Origin: Candidatus Marinacidobacterales bacterium
GTDB taxonomy: Bacteria > Acidobacteriota > Vicinamibacteria > Marinacidobacterales > DATDRI01
Direction of reading: 5' to 3'
Length of the DNA: 64,000 nt
Assembly (NCBI GenBank): GCA_965226495.1
Contig: OZ245365.1
Coordinates: 5,440,001-5,504,000 of the forward strand
The notes beneath the pieces were generated by a model, which was given only the letters and a program-made list of their open reading frames with translations, made no database searches and had not been told where the DNA came from. The position numbers and the translations under genes were made by a program. Below, one piece after another: positions 39,841 through 50,399 of the stretch (positions are counted from its first letter, which is position 1; each line of letters opens with the position of its first letter).

Positions 39841-41721
39841 ATGCGTTCGATTCAGTACCGACTCGCTCTTCTAGTCGCGCTCGCGATTTCAACTCTATCT
39901 TCCTGCGGCCCTTATGGGAGCACCGGGGAAGATCATGCCGCCTGGGTGCGCCTGCACTACGACAAGCAGGAGCACATGGTACCCATGCGGGACGGCGTGG
40001 AGCTCTTCACCATCGTCTATACGCCCAAGAAGAGAGACGAGGAGCTCCCGATCCTCCTCTACCGAACACCGTACTCCATTGCGCCGTATGGCCTAGACGA
40101 GTACCGAGAGGTACTAGGACCCTCCCCCGAGTTCGACCGAGATGGCTACATATTCGCCTTTCAGGACGTCCGCGGGAAATTCAAGTCGGAGGGAGAGTTC
40201 GCGGTCATCCGGCCGCTGGCCCCGAAACCGAAAGGGGTGACCGACACCGACGAGAGCACGGACAACTTCGACATCATCGAGTGGCTTTTGGCGAATATCG
40301 AGGGTAACAACGGGCGCGTCGGACAATGGGGAATCTCATACTCTGGGTGGCAGGCGCTCATGGGCATGGTCGATGCGCATCCGGCGCTCGTGGCTTCGTC
40401 CCCGCAGGCTTCCCCCTCCGACATGTTCATCGGCGACGACTGGCACCACAACGGTGCCTTCCGGATCATGTACGCGTTCTCCTGGCTTTCCCGCAATGCT
40501 CGTCGGCGTGACACTCCCACCGAGGAGCGGGCCGGCCCCTTCGATTACGGCACACCCTCAGGATACGATTTTTTCCTGGAAGCCGGAGCTGCGTCGCGCA
40601 TCGACGATCTCTATTTTCGCGGAGACGTGCTCGCATGGAATGATTTTATGGAGCACGACACCTACGACTACTATTGGCAACGACAGAACGCTCTCCAGCA
40701 TCTTGGTGACATCGATCACGCAATCCTAAACGTGGCAGGGTGGTTCGATACCGAGGATTTCTACGGCCCGATGTCGATCTACCAAACCATCGAGGAAGAG
40801 AATCCGGGAATCGAGAACACACTGGCGGCGGGCCCGTGGCTTCACGGCGGCTGGCGTAGCATGGAAGGGGATCACCTGGGGTGCGTCGAGTTCGACTCGA
40901 AGACGTCGTTGTATTTCCAACGCGAGGTACAGTTTCCTTTCTTCCAGCACCATCTCAAAGATAAAGGGGATTGGGAGGCGTCGGAGGCGGTGGTCTTCGA
41001 GACCGGCTCGAACGAGTGGAAGCGCTACGGAAGCTGGCCGCCGGAAGATTTGGACCCCACTAAAATCTATCTGCGGGGCAATGGACGTCTCTCCTTCGAA
41101 GAACCGACGGAGGCCAAGGCCTCTGATTCCTACGTCAGCGATCCGAACAAACCGGTACCCTTCTCCGCCGAGATCCGCAGCACGCTTGGCCATTTGTGGA
41201 AAGTGGAGGACCAGCGATTCGCTTCGACTCGGCCGGACGTGCTGGTCTACCAGTCAGACGTTCTTGAAAAGGATCTCACCATCGCCGGTCCGATCCTGGC
41301 AAACGTTTTCGTCTCGACCACGGGAACAGACTCTGATTGGATCGTCAAGTTGATCGACGTCTATCCCGGCGATGCGCCGGCGAGCGCCTTCTGCGAAGTC
41401 CCGATGGGCGGCTTCCAGATGCACCTTGCCGGCGAGATCATGCGAGGACGCTTTCGGAACAGCTTCGAGGATCCGGAGCCCATGGTGCCGGGCGAGGTCA
41501 CTCCGATTGCCATCGATCTTCGGGACCGAAATCACACGTTCAAGGCCGGGCACCGCATCATGGTCCACGTTCAGAGCTCGTGGTTCCCGGCGTACGACCG
41601 GAATCCTCAGAGGTACGTGAATATCTACCGTGCCCAGCCGGAGGACTACCAACCGGCGACCCAAACGGTCCATCGCGCTGCTCGATACCCCTCACACCTA
41701 GTCTTGGGCGTCATGCCCTAG
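39841..41721 (+). CDS. CocE/NonD family hydrolase (lipoprotein)
   Basis: LSSC lipobox, MRDGVEL, RTPY, QDVRG, GISYSG, GWFD, GPWLH. Confidence 0.92.
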   Translation: MRSIQYRLALLVALAISTLSSCGPYGSTGEDHAAWVRLHYDKQEHMVPMRDGVELFTIVYTPKKRDEELPILLYRTPYSIAPYGLDEYREVLGPSPEFDRDGYIFAFQDVRGKFKSEGEFAVIRPLAPKPKGVTDTDESTDNFDIIEWLLANIEGNNGRVGQWGISYSGWQALMGMVDAHPALVASSPQASPSDMFIGDDWHHNGAFRIMYAFSWLSRNARRRDTPTEERAGPFDYGTPSGYDFFLEAGAASRIDDLYFRGDVLAWNDFMEHDTYDYYWQRQNALQHLGDIDHAILNVAGWFDTEDFYGPMSIYQTIEEENPGIENTLAAGPWLHGGWRSMEGDHLGCVEFDSKTSLYFQREVQFPFFQHHLKDKGDWEASEAVVFETGSNEWKRYGSWPPEDLDPTKIYLRGNGRLSFEEPTEAKASDSYVSDPNKPVPFSAEIRSTLGHLWKVEDQRFASTRPDVLVYQSDVLEKDLTIAGPILANVFVSTTGTDSDWIVKLIDVYPGDAPASAFCEVPMGGFQMHLAGEIMRGRFRNSFEDPEPMVPGEVTPIAIDLRDRNHTFKAGHRIMVHVQSSWFPAYDRNPQRYVNIYRAQPEDYQPATQTVHRAARYPSHLVLGVMP

Positions 41722-41797
41722 ATGGGAGAGGTAAGTCCCTTGGAATGGTTTAACTTGGGCACGGACCCCGATTACTGCCGGTGGAAAGGCGTAAGGC

Positions 41798-43012
41798 ATG
41801 GCCAAGCCACGTGGACTCAAGCTGGAAGACATCCGAAACCTCACCGACCCCGCGGAACTCTACGCGAGGTTGCGCCAAGATCCAGTTTCCTGGTCCGAGG
41901 AGTTCGATGGATGGTTTCTGTCCCGATACGATGACGTCAAGACCAGCTCGATCGATGGCCCTCTCAGCAACGAGAGAATCTCACACCTGAAGGACGAGCT
42001 TCCCGGGTTGGAGGACCTTCTGAAGGACTACGCCCGTGTCCTTCGTGGAGCCTTGTTCATGACCGACCCCCCGGCCCATACCCGTCTCAGGAAATTGACG
42101 CGGGGGGGATTCACACACGCTTCTGTAGAACGCTGGCGAACCGTCATACAAGGCATTGTGGACTCTTGCCTCGACAAAGTTCAAAAGGCCGGGCGAATGA
42201 ATATAGTCGCCGATTTTGCGGACCCCATTCCGTCGATTTTGATGGCGGAACTATTCGATATCTCTGCCGAAGACCGGGATGAGTTTTTCAAGTGGTCGAT
42301 CGACCTAGCCGCTTTCTTCGGTTCTCCTTTGGGAGACCTCAAGGAGAAGGCGAGGCTCGCGAACGAAGGAACTCGCAAGCTGGAGGAGTATTTCCTTCAC
42401 TTAATCACCCTTCGCCGGCAGAGGCCGGGCCAAGACCTCGTGAGCTTCTTCATTCAACGGCAAGAGGAGGGAACTCTGAGCGAGGCCGAAGTGAGTGCTC
42501 AATGTGTAGCGTTGCTCGCGGCAGGAACCACGACCACCGCCGACCAACTCAGCAACTGCGTCGAGGCCCTGCTCCGAAATCCGGATCAACTGCCACGATT
42601 GCAACAAGATCCGGGTCTCATCGCGGGAGCGGTCCAAGAAACACTTCGGTACGAGCCCGCCGCTCCCTTTATCTATAAGCTCGCTACGGACGACTTCACC
42701 ATAGCGGATCAGGAAATCAGCAAGGGCCAGCGAGTTTTCTTGGGCTTCGGCCCGGCCAACCGAGATCCAAAAACCTTTACCGACCCCGATCGCTTGGACG
42801 TCGAGCGGTCGAACAGCCGGCAGCATCTCGCCTTCGGATCCGGCCCTCATTGGTGCCTCGGGGCAGACTTGGCCAGCGTCGAAATAGAAATTGCGCTGGG
42901 GACATTGTTGAGGCGCATGCCCAACCTCCAATTCGATGAGACGCGACCCTCGAGACGCCGTTGGGAAAGCTTGACTTTCCGCGGTTTCTCCGCGTTACCC
43001 GTCGTTTTCTGA
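41798..43012 (+). CDS. cytochrome P450
   Basis: DPPAHTRLR, ETLR, FGSGPHWCLG. Confidence 0.94.
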   Translation: MAKPRGLKLEDIRNLTDPAELYARLRQDPVSWSEEFDGWFLSRYDDVKTSSIDGPLSNERISHLKDELPGLEDLLKDYARVLRGALFMTDPPAHTRLRKLTRGGFTHASVERWRTVIQGIVDSCLDKVQKAGRMNIVADFADPIPSILMAELFDISAEDRDEFFKWSIDLAAFFGSPLGDLKEKARLANEGTRKLEEYFLHLITLRRQRPGQDLVSFFIQRQEEGTLSEAEVSAQCVALLAAGTTTTADQLSNCVEALLRNPDQLPRLQQDPGLIAGAVQETLRYEPAAPFIYKLATDDFTIADQEISKGQRVFLGFGPANRDPKTFTDPDRLDVERSNSRQHLAFGSGPHWCLGADLASVEIEIALGTLLRRMPNLQFDETRPSRRRWESLTFRGFSALPVVF

Positions 43013-43045
43013 GGCGATAGGGCTAAGACTTCAGGAGGTAATTCG

Positions 43046-43843
43046 ATGGCGAAGACCGTAACTCACGATGGCGTGCAGATCGACTATGTGAGCAGAGGAC
43101 AAGGCAAGCCGATCCTGTTCGTTCACGGATGGCTTTGCAGCCAGCGCGCCTGGGATTGTCAGTTCCACGCTCTTCAGGATCGATACCGCTGCGTCGCCCT
43201 CGATCTTCGGGGAATGGGACATTCGGAGAAGGCGGACTGCAAGTACACCTTCGAGGAGTTCGGTTCGGACGTTCGTCATATCATCAAGGAGCTAGGGCTC
43301 AAGGAAGTTACCCTCGTTGGCTGGTCGATGGGCGTCAGCGTCTCGCTGGCGTATATGGAGAACTTCCAAGACGACGGAGACGTGGCACGGGTCGTACTCA
43401 TGAACGGCCCGATCAAACTGATTAACTCGCCGGGTTGGGACTTCGGCATCGAGGAGAACGAGTGCATGGGCTATATCGATGGGTTGGCCAACGAACCCAT
43501 CAACGGTCGAAGGAGTTTTGCCGAGGCAAACCTCTACAAACCGACGGAGGCTGAGATCGACTTTCTCTTCAGTCTTTCGCTACAAACGCCCCTCGACATC
43601 GGGCTCAAGGCCGTTTACAACCAGATGGAGCTCGATCAGCGCTCGGTCTTGAAGTCCTTGAATGTCCCGTGCCTCGCCATGCAAAGCGACCACGATTTCT
43701 ACCCGGTGGCTCTCGGTCGCTATATCTCGGAGACCGTCCCGAAGGGTCACTTGAAGATCTTCGAGGACAGTGGACATTCCGTGCAGTTTCAAGACACCGC
43801 TCGGTTCAACGAGGCTCTTATCGAGTTCATTGAGTCCACGTAA
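43046..43843 (+). CDS. alpha/beta hydrolase (non-heme haloperoxidase-like)
   Basis: FVHGW, DLRGMGHS, GWSMG, SGH; AGGAGG RBS. Confidence 0.9.
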   Translation: MAKTVTHDGVQIDYVSRGQGKPILFVHGWLCSQRAWDCQFHALQDRYRCVALDLRGMGHSEKADCKYTFEEFGSDVRHIIKELGLKEVTLVGWSMGVSVSLAYMENFQDDGDVARVVLMNGPIKLINSPGWDFGIEENECMGYIDGLANEPINGRRSFAEANLYKPTEAEIDFLFSLSLQTPLDIGLKAVYNQMELDQRSVLKSLNVPCLAMQSDHDFYPVALGRYISETVPKGHLKIFEDSGHSVQFQDTARFNEALIEFIEST

Positions 43844-43868
43844 TTTTCTGAGAAAGGAGAGTCTAAAA

Positions 43869-44186
43869 ATGATCAGAGTATCGGTCCTCTATCCCAACGA
43901 GCCCGGTGCGCGGTTCGAGCATCAGTACTACGCGACGACACACGTCCAATTGATTAACGAGACGCTCGGGACGGCGGGGTTGGTTCGCGTGGAGATCGAT
44001 CGCGGCCTTGCTGGCGCGTCGGAGGAAACGCCGGCGCCGTATACCGCCGTCGGACACCTAGTGTTCGACTCGGTCGAGGCCTTCGGCGCGGCCATGGCCA
44101 CTCACGGGGACGCGTTGGCCGCCGATATGAAGAATTACACTGACCTCGAACCGTCGGTTCAGATAAGCGAGATCCTTCACGGCTAA
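43869..44186 (+). CDS. EthD family protein
   Basis: MIRVSVLYP...YY...H...ADMKNYTD..P..QISE; AAGGAG RBS. Confidence 0.88.
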   Translation: MIRVSVLYPNEPGARFEHQYYATTHVQLINETLGTAGLVRVEIDRGLAGASEETPAPYTAVGHLVFDSVEAFGAAMATHGDALAADMKNYTDLEPSVQISEILHG

Positions 44187-44197
44187 GGGACGAGAAG

Positions 44198-45625
44198 TCA
44201 CCTCCAACTCAGGGTGTCGTAGCGCTCACCGGCTTTCATGACCAAGTGGATCTTGTCCCAAGCCCAGCGTTCTTCGAGCGGGTTGGCCTGGAGCGAGATC
44301 ATGTCCGCTAGCTTGCCTGGTTCCAATGTTCCCAGCTCGTCTCCTAAACCGATGTTTTGAGCACCGACCGCTGTACCGGCCCGGATCGCATCCATCGGTG
44401 TGAAACCACCCTCGATCAAAAATTCGATCGCGTTTCCGATGCCACCGACGTAGAGCGGATCCATCCCGAGACTAATGGGAATGCCGGCCTTGAAGGCTGC
44501 CAGGACTTGGCTCTGTTGTGTCCGGATAGAAGGGGAGAAGTCGCGTCCCCGGCGGTTCTCGTCGAAGTCATCATAGGGTCGATCTTCTGTCTCTACTTCC
44601 GGGTGTGCCTTGCGGTGCTCGAAGTATTGTTTCTTTTCGTAGTCGATCCAATCTCCCGGTCCGCGCGCACCGGTGTCCATGAACTCCCAGGTGGACTCAT
44701 CCGGTCGAAAGCCTACGTAAACGAGCGGTGTAAAGCAGACGGCGGTCCCGTGCTCGACCATCATGTCGATGATCTCCGGGGTCATGGGGCGGGCATGCTC
44801 GATGGTGTCGACACCGGCTTTGATGGCGGTCTTCATCGAACGGCCCCAAGTACCCGTCGCATGGGCCGCTACTTTCATGCCAAGACGGTGCGCCTCTTCG
44901 ACGATCGCCACCATCTCGGCAAGGGTCACCGAGGATTCTTCGGGAGATTGGCCGTACAAGCTGACCTTGATCCACTCCGCCTCATGATCGAAGTTTTCGC
45001 GGATTTTTTGCGTCGAGTTCCAGTTGGGGAGGGGCACCAAGTGAAGGCCACTCGGATCGTCCACCCACCTCCCAGAAGTGGTCGGGCTCGTTGACCCCAA
45101 TAGCCCGACGCCGCTGATCAGCAATCGGGGGCCGGGGATGAGTCCTTTTCGGATCCCGGCGCGCAGGTGTTGGTCGTTGTGATGGGCCTCTCCCGTCACT
45201 CTCAGGGTCGTGACACCGCTGAGAAGAGAAACGCGCGCGTGCCGTACCATGCGGATGGTTTGGATCGCATCGTGCTGCATCATCTGTTCCATCATTCCGG
45301 GATTTCCGAGCTTGGGCGTGCCGGAATCCAGGGCAATTCCATAGCGAATGCTCAGATGGTTGTGCCCGTCGATGAGTCCAGGGAGGAGCGTTTCGCCAGG
45401 AAGGTCGATCACCTGCGCGTCATCAGGTATCCGAACGGAAGCTTGGGATCCAACCGCTTCGATCCGATCGCCACGAACGACGACCACGCCGTCGCTGATG
45501 GGAGGAGCGCCAGTGCCATCGATGATACGGCTCGCCCTGATGGCGATAGGAGATTGCTGCGCTCCCGTTGCGGCGGCCGAGAACACGAACAAGACGAGAC
45601 TCGAGAAACCGATTCCAACTCTCAT
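44198..45625 (-). CDS. secreted amidohydrolase family protein
   Basis: Signal peptide, PGLIDGHNH, VAAHA, TIEH, GTLEPGKLAD. Confidence 0.9.
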   Translation of the reverse strand: MRVGIGFSSLVLFVFSAAATGAQQSPIAIRASRIIDGTGAPPISDGVVVVRGDRIEAVGSQASVRIPDDAQVIDLPGETLLPGLIDGHNHLSIRYGIALDSGTPKLGNPGMMEQMMQHDAIQTIRMVRHARVSLLSGVTTLRVTGEAHHNDQHLRAGIRKGLIPGPRLLISGVGLLGSTSPTTSGRWVDDPSGLHLVPLPNWNSTQKIRENFDHEAEWIKVSLYGQSPEESSVTLAEMVAIVEEAHRLGMKVAAHATGTWGRSMKTAIKAGVDTIEHARPMTPEIIDMMVEHGTAVCFTPLVYVGFRPDESTWEFMDTGARGPGDWIDYEKKQYFEHRKAHPEVETEDRPYDDFDENRRGRDFSPSIRTQQSQVLAAFKAGIPISLGMDPLYVGGIGNAIEFLIEGGFTPMDAIRAGTAVGAQNIGLGDELGTLEPGKLADMISLQANPLEERWAWDKIHLVMKAGERYDTLSWR

Positions 45626-45684
45626 GATTCCACTCCTAGGGCAGGTCCGAACCCGCCAAGTTCCAGCGAAGTGGATCATAAACC

Positions 45685-45712
45685 AAAAAAGGCCCGGATG
45701 CGCCGGGCCCTT
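45685..45712 (-). terminator. Rho-independent terminator after the nucleotidyltransferase gene
   Basis: Minus strand GGCCCGG-CGCAT-CCGGGCC-TTTTTT. Confidence 0.75.
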
Positions 45713-45732
45713 CCGTCTTGGACTTTCCGGAT

Positions 45733-46944
45733 CTAGGCTTGCGTGTAACCCAAACGACTCCACGACAACTTCGCCAGTGTCTTCGCACATTCCACGGAAA
45801 GGAGCGCCCATCGATAGGGATAGCAGAGTGGCCACAGCCACTTTCTACGGAGACTGTAGCGCCAGCACAGATACTCCGGGGTTGGCCAGAGGACGGAACG
45901 AGCAAGTTTCAGCCGACGGGGCCAATCGAGCGAACGCATGCGGTGCCAGATCATAGTGCCGCGCGTTTGAACGGATTGCGCTCTGTTTTCTACTGCCGCC
46001 CGCGTCTTGGGGATGCCATCTGCAGACAATGCATCGAGAAAGCCTTCCGGCAAAGGTGTATCGAAAATGTCTTGCGCGCGCAGTAGCGCTCTTCGCAGCG
46101 CCGGAGACCAGCCATACTCACGAGCTCGCACTCTCAATTGATCCCAGTCGAGCTCGTGCTCGCACTTTCTTACCAATAGATGGATGTCATGGACCCAAAG
46201 GAGTCGCCCTTTCGCGCCTCCGTGTTGAAGCATGAGGTGGGCGGCTAGATAGAGAAGATGCGCGGTCGGCCGGAACTGAAGCGCGGAGAGTGGCGGAGAC
46301 TGCCTTCGTTCGTCTTCCAGTTTCCAGGCTTGCGTCTGCCCCCAGAACCAGTCGAGACTCGGCGATCGCCAGTCGCCTTCGCCCCCGATAAGGCGCCAGT
46401 GCAGCTCGACAATGACATAGCCCCGTGGACCACCCTTCAGTGCGACCTCAAAGTGCGTCTCGCGGCAGAGCCCCGGCGTCATCTCTGGAGAGAGATCTCC
46501 GTACCCCAAAAATCGCAGAGCTTCGACCGCCGACTCCAGGTGCTCGCGGGAGAGGAGTATGTCGACATCGGTCATCGGTCTTAGAGCGATCTCGGAATAG
46601 ATGGTTGTGGCAAGAGCCGCGCCCTTTAGAAGGATCAAAGGCGCTCGAGGCACCGCCACTTGCAAAGCGGTAAGAACGCGAGCGAGCTCCCGGTAAATGA
46701 GAAGATTGGATCCACCGGCCTTGAGATACTCTTTCCGAAGCGCCTGGCGTTCCCGCCCTGGTATCGCAAGCGGCCATCCCGTCGATTCCTGGGCGTGGTA
46801 AAGCAGAGGTGCCAGACCTTCGCGCTTGGCGATCTCGGCCCATGCGATCCAATCGGCTTCAGAGAAAGCTGAACAGGAACCGCCGTCCCTTCCGGTGAGC
46901 GCGAGCCCCATGGAGCGCAGGTAAGGCTCGATGTCGGATTTCAT
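45733..46944 (-). CDS. uncharacterised nucleotidyltransferase family protein (type found in lasso/PqqD loci)
   Basis: LLKGAAL...Y....LRPMTDVDILL, ELHW, LLYLAAH..QH, LLWVHDI. Confidence 0.88.
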   Translation of the reverse strand: MKSDIEPYLRSMGLALTGRDGGSCSAFSEADWIAWAEIAKREGLAPLLYHAQESTGWPLAIPGRERQALRKEYLKAGGSNLLIYRELARVLTALQVAVPRAPLILLKGAALATTIYSEIALRPMTDVDILLSREHLESAVEALRFLGYGDLSPEMTPGLCRETHFEVALKGGPRGYVIVELHWRLIGGEGDWRSPSLDWFWGQTQAWKLEDERRQSPPLSALQFRPTAHLLYLAAHLMLQHGGAKGRLLWVHDIHLLVRKCEHELDWDQLRVRAREYGWSPALRRALLRAQDIFDTPLPEGFLDALSADGIPKTRAAVENRAQSVQTRGTMIWHRMRSLDWPRRLKLARSVLWPTPEYLCWRYSLRRKWLWPLCYPYRWALLSVECAKTLAKLSWSRLGYTQA

Positions 46945-46970
46945 TCTGGGGAATGTGAGGGGAACCGCTC

Positions 46971-49292
46971 CTAACCCTCTCCGGCGGTCAACGTGCGGAC
47001 CGGTTCATCGGCGATCTCTCGCGGCTCGCTGCCGTAGTTGTAGGTGTGGTAACCGTAGTAGTAGTTCTGAGCGTAGTCGTCTAGATCGACGGCGTTGAGC
47101 ACGACGCCTCTCACCTTACCTCCTACCCGCTCGATGGCATCCAAACTGGCCTTCACGTCTCGGTAGGAAGTTTGTCCGCTCCGCACCACCAGCAAGGAAG
47201 CATCACATCGAGTCGTCAACATATGAGAGTCGAACACCGGCAACAGAGGTGCGGAGTCCAGGAGGACAAAGTCGAAATCTCGCGAACAACGCTCGAGGAC
47301 TCCCTGCATTTCCGTCGAGGCCAGAAGCTCGGAGGGTGTAGGGCTGGCGGGTCCAGCCGGGAGCAAGGAAAGGTTCGGGATCGCAGTGCTCACGATGCCA
47401 GTGTGCTCTCCGTTGCTCTGTCCAGTGAGCATACTCGATAGTCCCATGTCGTTATCCACTCTAAACACGCGATGAACCTGAGGGTTGCGCAGATCAGCGT
47501 CTATGATGAGAACCTTTTTGTTCAACTCCGTCAGAGAGGAGGCGAGATTGCAGGCGACGAAGGTCTTGCCCGCATTCTTGTCCGGTCCGGTAACCAGTAT
47601 GACTTTCGGAGGACCACCGGGGTTGGACATCAGAAGCGAGCCTCGGATGAACTTGAATCGCTCCGCAATGACCGATCCCGCTTGCACGTAGCTGGAATGG
47701 TGTTCAGCGCTCCCCGCCGGAACCAGTGAAGACCGAGTTACCGTCCAGTCCTTTCGCGAGCCGTTCCGGTGCGTCTTTCCCCAAAAGGGAGTGAGCGTTC
47801 TTGGCTGTTGGTGGGACTCTTCATTCAACGCGAGCGGCGCGGGTTCCGGATCGTGCCGCGGAACCATTCCGAGATAGGGCAGCGGCACACGCCGTCTCAG
47901 ATCGTCCACGGTGTGAATCGAGTTGTCCCAATACTCCAAGAAGAACGCGACGCCGATAGCTATAAAAAGCCCCAGCCCGAGTCCCCATGTCGCGCTCTTT
48001 TGCAATGTGAAACCGGACGGCCCCTTCGGGACCAAGGCCCGTTCCACCATCCGTACATTCAAGGCCAGCCCTTCGCCAAGCTCGGCGTTCACGCCCGTCT
48101 CGAAGTGCCTGCGGAGAAGCTGTTGCAACATGGCCTTCTTGTTCTCGAGCTCTACGTTGATGCGATCGTAGTCCGCCGTGAGTTGGTTCAGCTGTTGCGC
48201 TTCTCGCTTCTGTTCCTCGAGCGCCTGCTGCAAGAGCTGCTCACCCTCGAGAACTGACAGGTATTCGGTTCTAGCCGCTTCAACGACGTTCTCCGCCATC
48301 TCCTCGGTTTCTCGCTCGAGTCGCAGCTCTACCTTTTCCAACGTCTCCCGCGCCCGTTGCAACTCAGGCCAATCGGCAGCGAACTTGGAAGACAGTTCCT
48401 CAACCTGATTGTGGAGCGAAGCCCGCTGCTTCTTGAGGTGTTGAATGTTGAGGTTGTTGCTCACTTCCCTGAGAGAGTTCGGGCCGGCAGCTCCCATGTT
48501 GTGATAGCGGGCCTCTAATGCGGTGCGTTGACCCCGCACGTTACTCAGCTGCTGATTCAAGTCTTTGAGTTGTTGAATAACAATGCTTTCCTCCTGATCC
48601 ACGAACACCAGGTCTTCACGACGCCGGTACTCTTGGAGATAACTCTCCTTTTCCTGGATCTCTCGATGAAGCTTGTCAATTTGCTCGCCAAAGAAGGAAG
48701 TCGTGTCCCGCGCGGAATCCGTCTCTTTCTTTGTGCTAAAGACGATGTATTGAGCAACGAGAGAATTCGCCAATTGCGCTGACAGTTGAGGATTGGGAGT
48801 GGTAAAGCTCAGCTGCATGAGCTGGCTGTTTCGAACGTGTGACACGTTCAGCATCGACAAGACGGCTCCTGCCAAAGCTTCGCGCTGCTCGGCCGTTGGT
48901 TCGGAGCGGTCGTCATCGCTTTCGAGCCGGATGTGCTCCCAAAGCTCGACATCGTCGACGACTCGTTCGGCCAACGTGAAGCTTCCCAAGACCCTCTTCT
49001 GAGTGGGATAGAATTCTTGTGATCCGAACCAAGATTCCGGAGAAACGTTCCCTTTGACGACGTTCATTCGCCCCCGATTGATTTGAAGCAGCGCGCTCGC
49101 CGTATAGACAGGTGTTCTCAGCAACGCATGGGCCACGGTTAGAGCGAGGACGCCGATCGTCACCGCGGCGATCACCCAGCGTCGTTTCAGGATGAGGAAC
49201 CAGTAATCCCGAAGATGCACCTCGGGCTCCGGCGGGTAAGGCTCCGTCCGTTCCCGCGCCTCGTCGGTTGGGATCAACTCTGCGAAGGGCAT
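46971..49292 (-). CDS. polysaccharide chain-length determinant / tyrosine autokinase (Wzc/GumC)
   Basis: HLRDYW..L.KRRW, two TM helices, coiled coil, AGKT Walker A, IDADLR, DSAP, Tyr cluster YYYGYHTYNY. Confidence 0.93.
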   Translation of the reverse strand: MPFAELIPTDEARERTEPYPPEPEVHLRDYWFLILKRRWVIAAVTIGVLALTVAHALLRTPVYTASALLQINRGRMNVVKGNVSPESWFGSQEFYPTQKRVLGSFTLAERVVDDVELWEHIRLESDDDRSEPTAEQREALAGAVLSMLNVSHVRNSQLMQLSFTTPNPQLSAQLANSLVAQYIVFSTKKETDSARDTTSFFGEQIDKLHREIQEKESYLQEYRRREDLVFVDQEESIVIQQLKDLNQQLSNVRGQRTALEARYHNMGAAGPNSLREVSNNLNIQHLKKQRASLHNQVEELSSKFAADWPELQRARETLEKVELRLERETEEMAENVVEAARTEYLSVLEGEQLLQQALEEQKREAQQLNQLTADYDRINVELENKKAMLQQLLRRHFETGVNAELGEGLALNVRMVERALVPKGPSGFTLQKSATWGLGLGLFIAIGVAFFLEYWDNSIHTVDDLRRRVPLPYLGMVPRHDPEPAPLALNEESHQQPRTLTPFWGKTHRNGSRKDWTVTRSSLVPAGSAEHHSSYVQAGSVIAERFKFIRGSLLMSNPGGPPKVILVTGPDKNAGKTFVACNLASSLTELNKKVLIIDADLRNPQVHRVFRVDNDMGLSSMLTGQSNGEHTGIVSTAIPNLSLLPAGPASPTPSELLASTEMQGVLERCSRDFDFVLLDSAPLLPVFDSHMLTTRCDASLLVVRSGQTSYRDVKASLDAIERVGGKVRGVVLNAVDLDDYAQNYYYGYHTYNYGSEPREIADEPVRTLTAGEG

Positions 49293-49549
49293 ACTTTGCC
49301 GCTCAATTTCACAGTCGTTTCACGACTTTTGAAGCTGGATTTTTGTGCTTGTAACGATTCTATCCTCGCGTTCCATGTAAAGTCAAGACGCATCACCAAT
49401 TTACGATGCGAGTTGACTTTTTGTTGCGACGGGCTTTAGACTGGTAAGTAGATCAAGCCAAACAATCGAACGGCGCTTTTTACGTCGCTGGGGAGACCCG
49501 AGCGCTAGTGCTCAACCCTACCGCGATTGCGGTGAGCGGAGTGCAACAC

Positions 49550-50272
49550 ATGACCTCGAAAATCGCGTGGCTCACGGCCGGCTTCTCATTGGCTTTCGCC
49601 TTGTCTCTCTTCCTTTCTCCACCGACTGCCTTTGCACAAGCCGACAACTTGGGTTTCGTGCTCGGCCGTGTCTTCGAAATAGACAAGAAGAAGTACGAGG
49701 AGAAGGAAGCGAAGGACGATAAGGATGACGGCAAAGATGAGGATGCCGAGCCCCCTAAGGCGAAGGACAAAGCTCGAAACGACAAGACGCTGTACTCGTC
49801 GCTCCCGGAGTACCTGGAGCCGTTAAGCGACGTGGAGGTGATGGCCCGGCTCCTCGAGAACAACGAGGAGTTTCTGAGCGAGCCAACGGGCGGCGATGGC
49901 GACTACGTGATCTCGAAAATGTCACCCGGTGTTTTAGAATTCACGCTCCGTCATGAAGACAAGGATTACCCAGTAGAGCAGCGCCTCGGCGCTCAGGTCA
50001 ACCTGGCTTTCGTGGCCGAGCTCTGCTTCGTAGTGGACAAGGAAGAAGAGGTGGCTTGGATGGTCGCGGCCGGTCCGAGGCGATCCCCCGACGTACCCAA
50101 CTGGGTTCCGGAGGTTTGCCAATCACCACTCGGCGCCTGCCTGGGAATGGTTACCGGCAACGACGATTTTAGGGAAGGCCTGGTCCTGATCTTTGCCGGT
50201 GCCGGTGCGGCGGCCACGGCCGTCGGGATCGCGGCCACCCGCGAGAGTGCCGCAAGCCCCGTGGAGCAATAA
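49550..50272 (+). CDS. hypothetical exported protein with a C-terminal hydrophobic helix
   Basis: Signal peptide (AFA-Q), charged linker, C-terminus LVLIFAGAGAAATAVGIAATRESAASPVEQ. Confidence 0.75.
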   Translation: MTSKIAWLTAGFSLAFALSLFLSPPTAFAQADNLGFVLGRVFEIDKKKYEEKEAKDDKDDGKDEDAEPPKAKDKARNDKTLYSSLPEYLEPLSDVEVMARLLENNEEFLSEPTGGDGDYVISKMSPGVLEFTLRHEDKDYPVEQRLGAQVNLAFVAELCFVVDKEEEVAWMVAAGPRRSPDVPNWVPEVCQSPLGACLGMVTGNDDFREGLVLIFAGAGAAATAVGIAATRESAASPVEQ

Positions 50273-50287
50273 AACCCGCCGTTCAAG

Positions 50288-50313
50288 GGCAGCATGGCGT
50301 TCGCCATGCTGCC
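50288..50313 (+). terminator. strong hairpin after the 49550-50272 gene
   Basis: Perfect inverted repeat GGCAGCATGGCG-TT-CGCCATGCTGCC; an extended -10-like TGTTACAAT follows at 50321-50329. Confidence 0.55.
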
Positions 50314-50399
50314 TCACAAGTGTTACAATAATTAGACATCCTAACAATCTACAGCGTTGAGCTTCCCGTTCGGCGGCAGAAATCGCGCCTCCCATCCCG

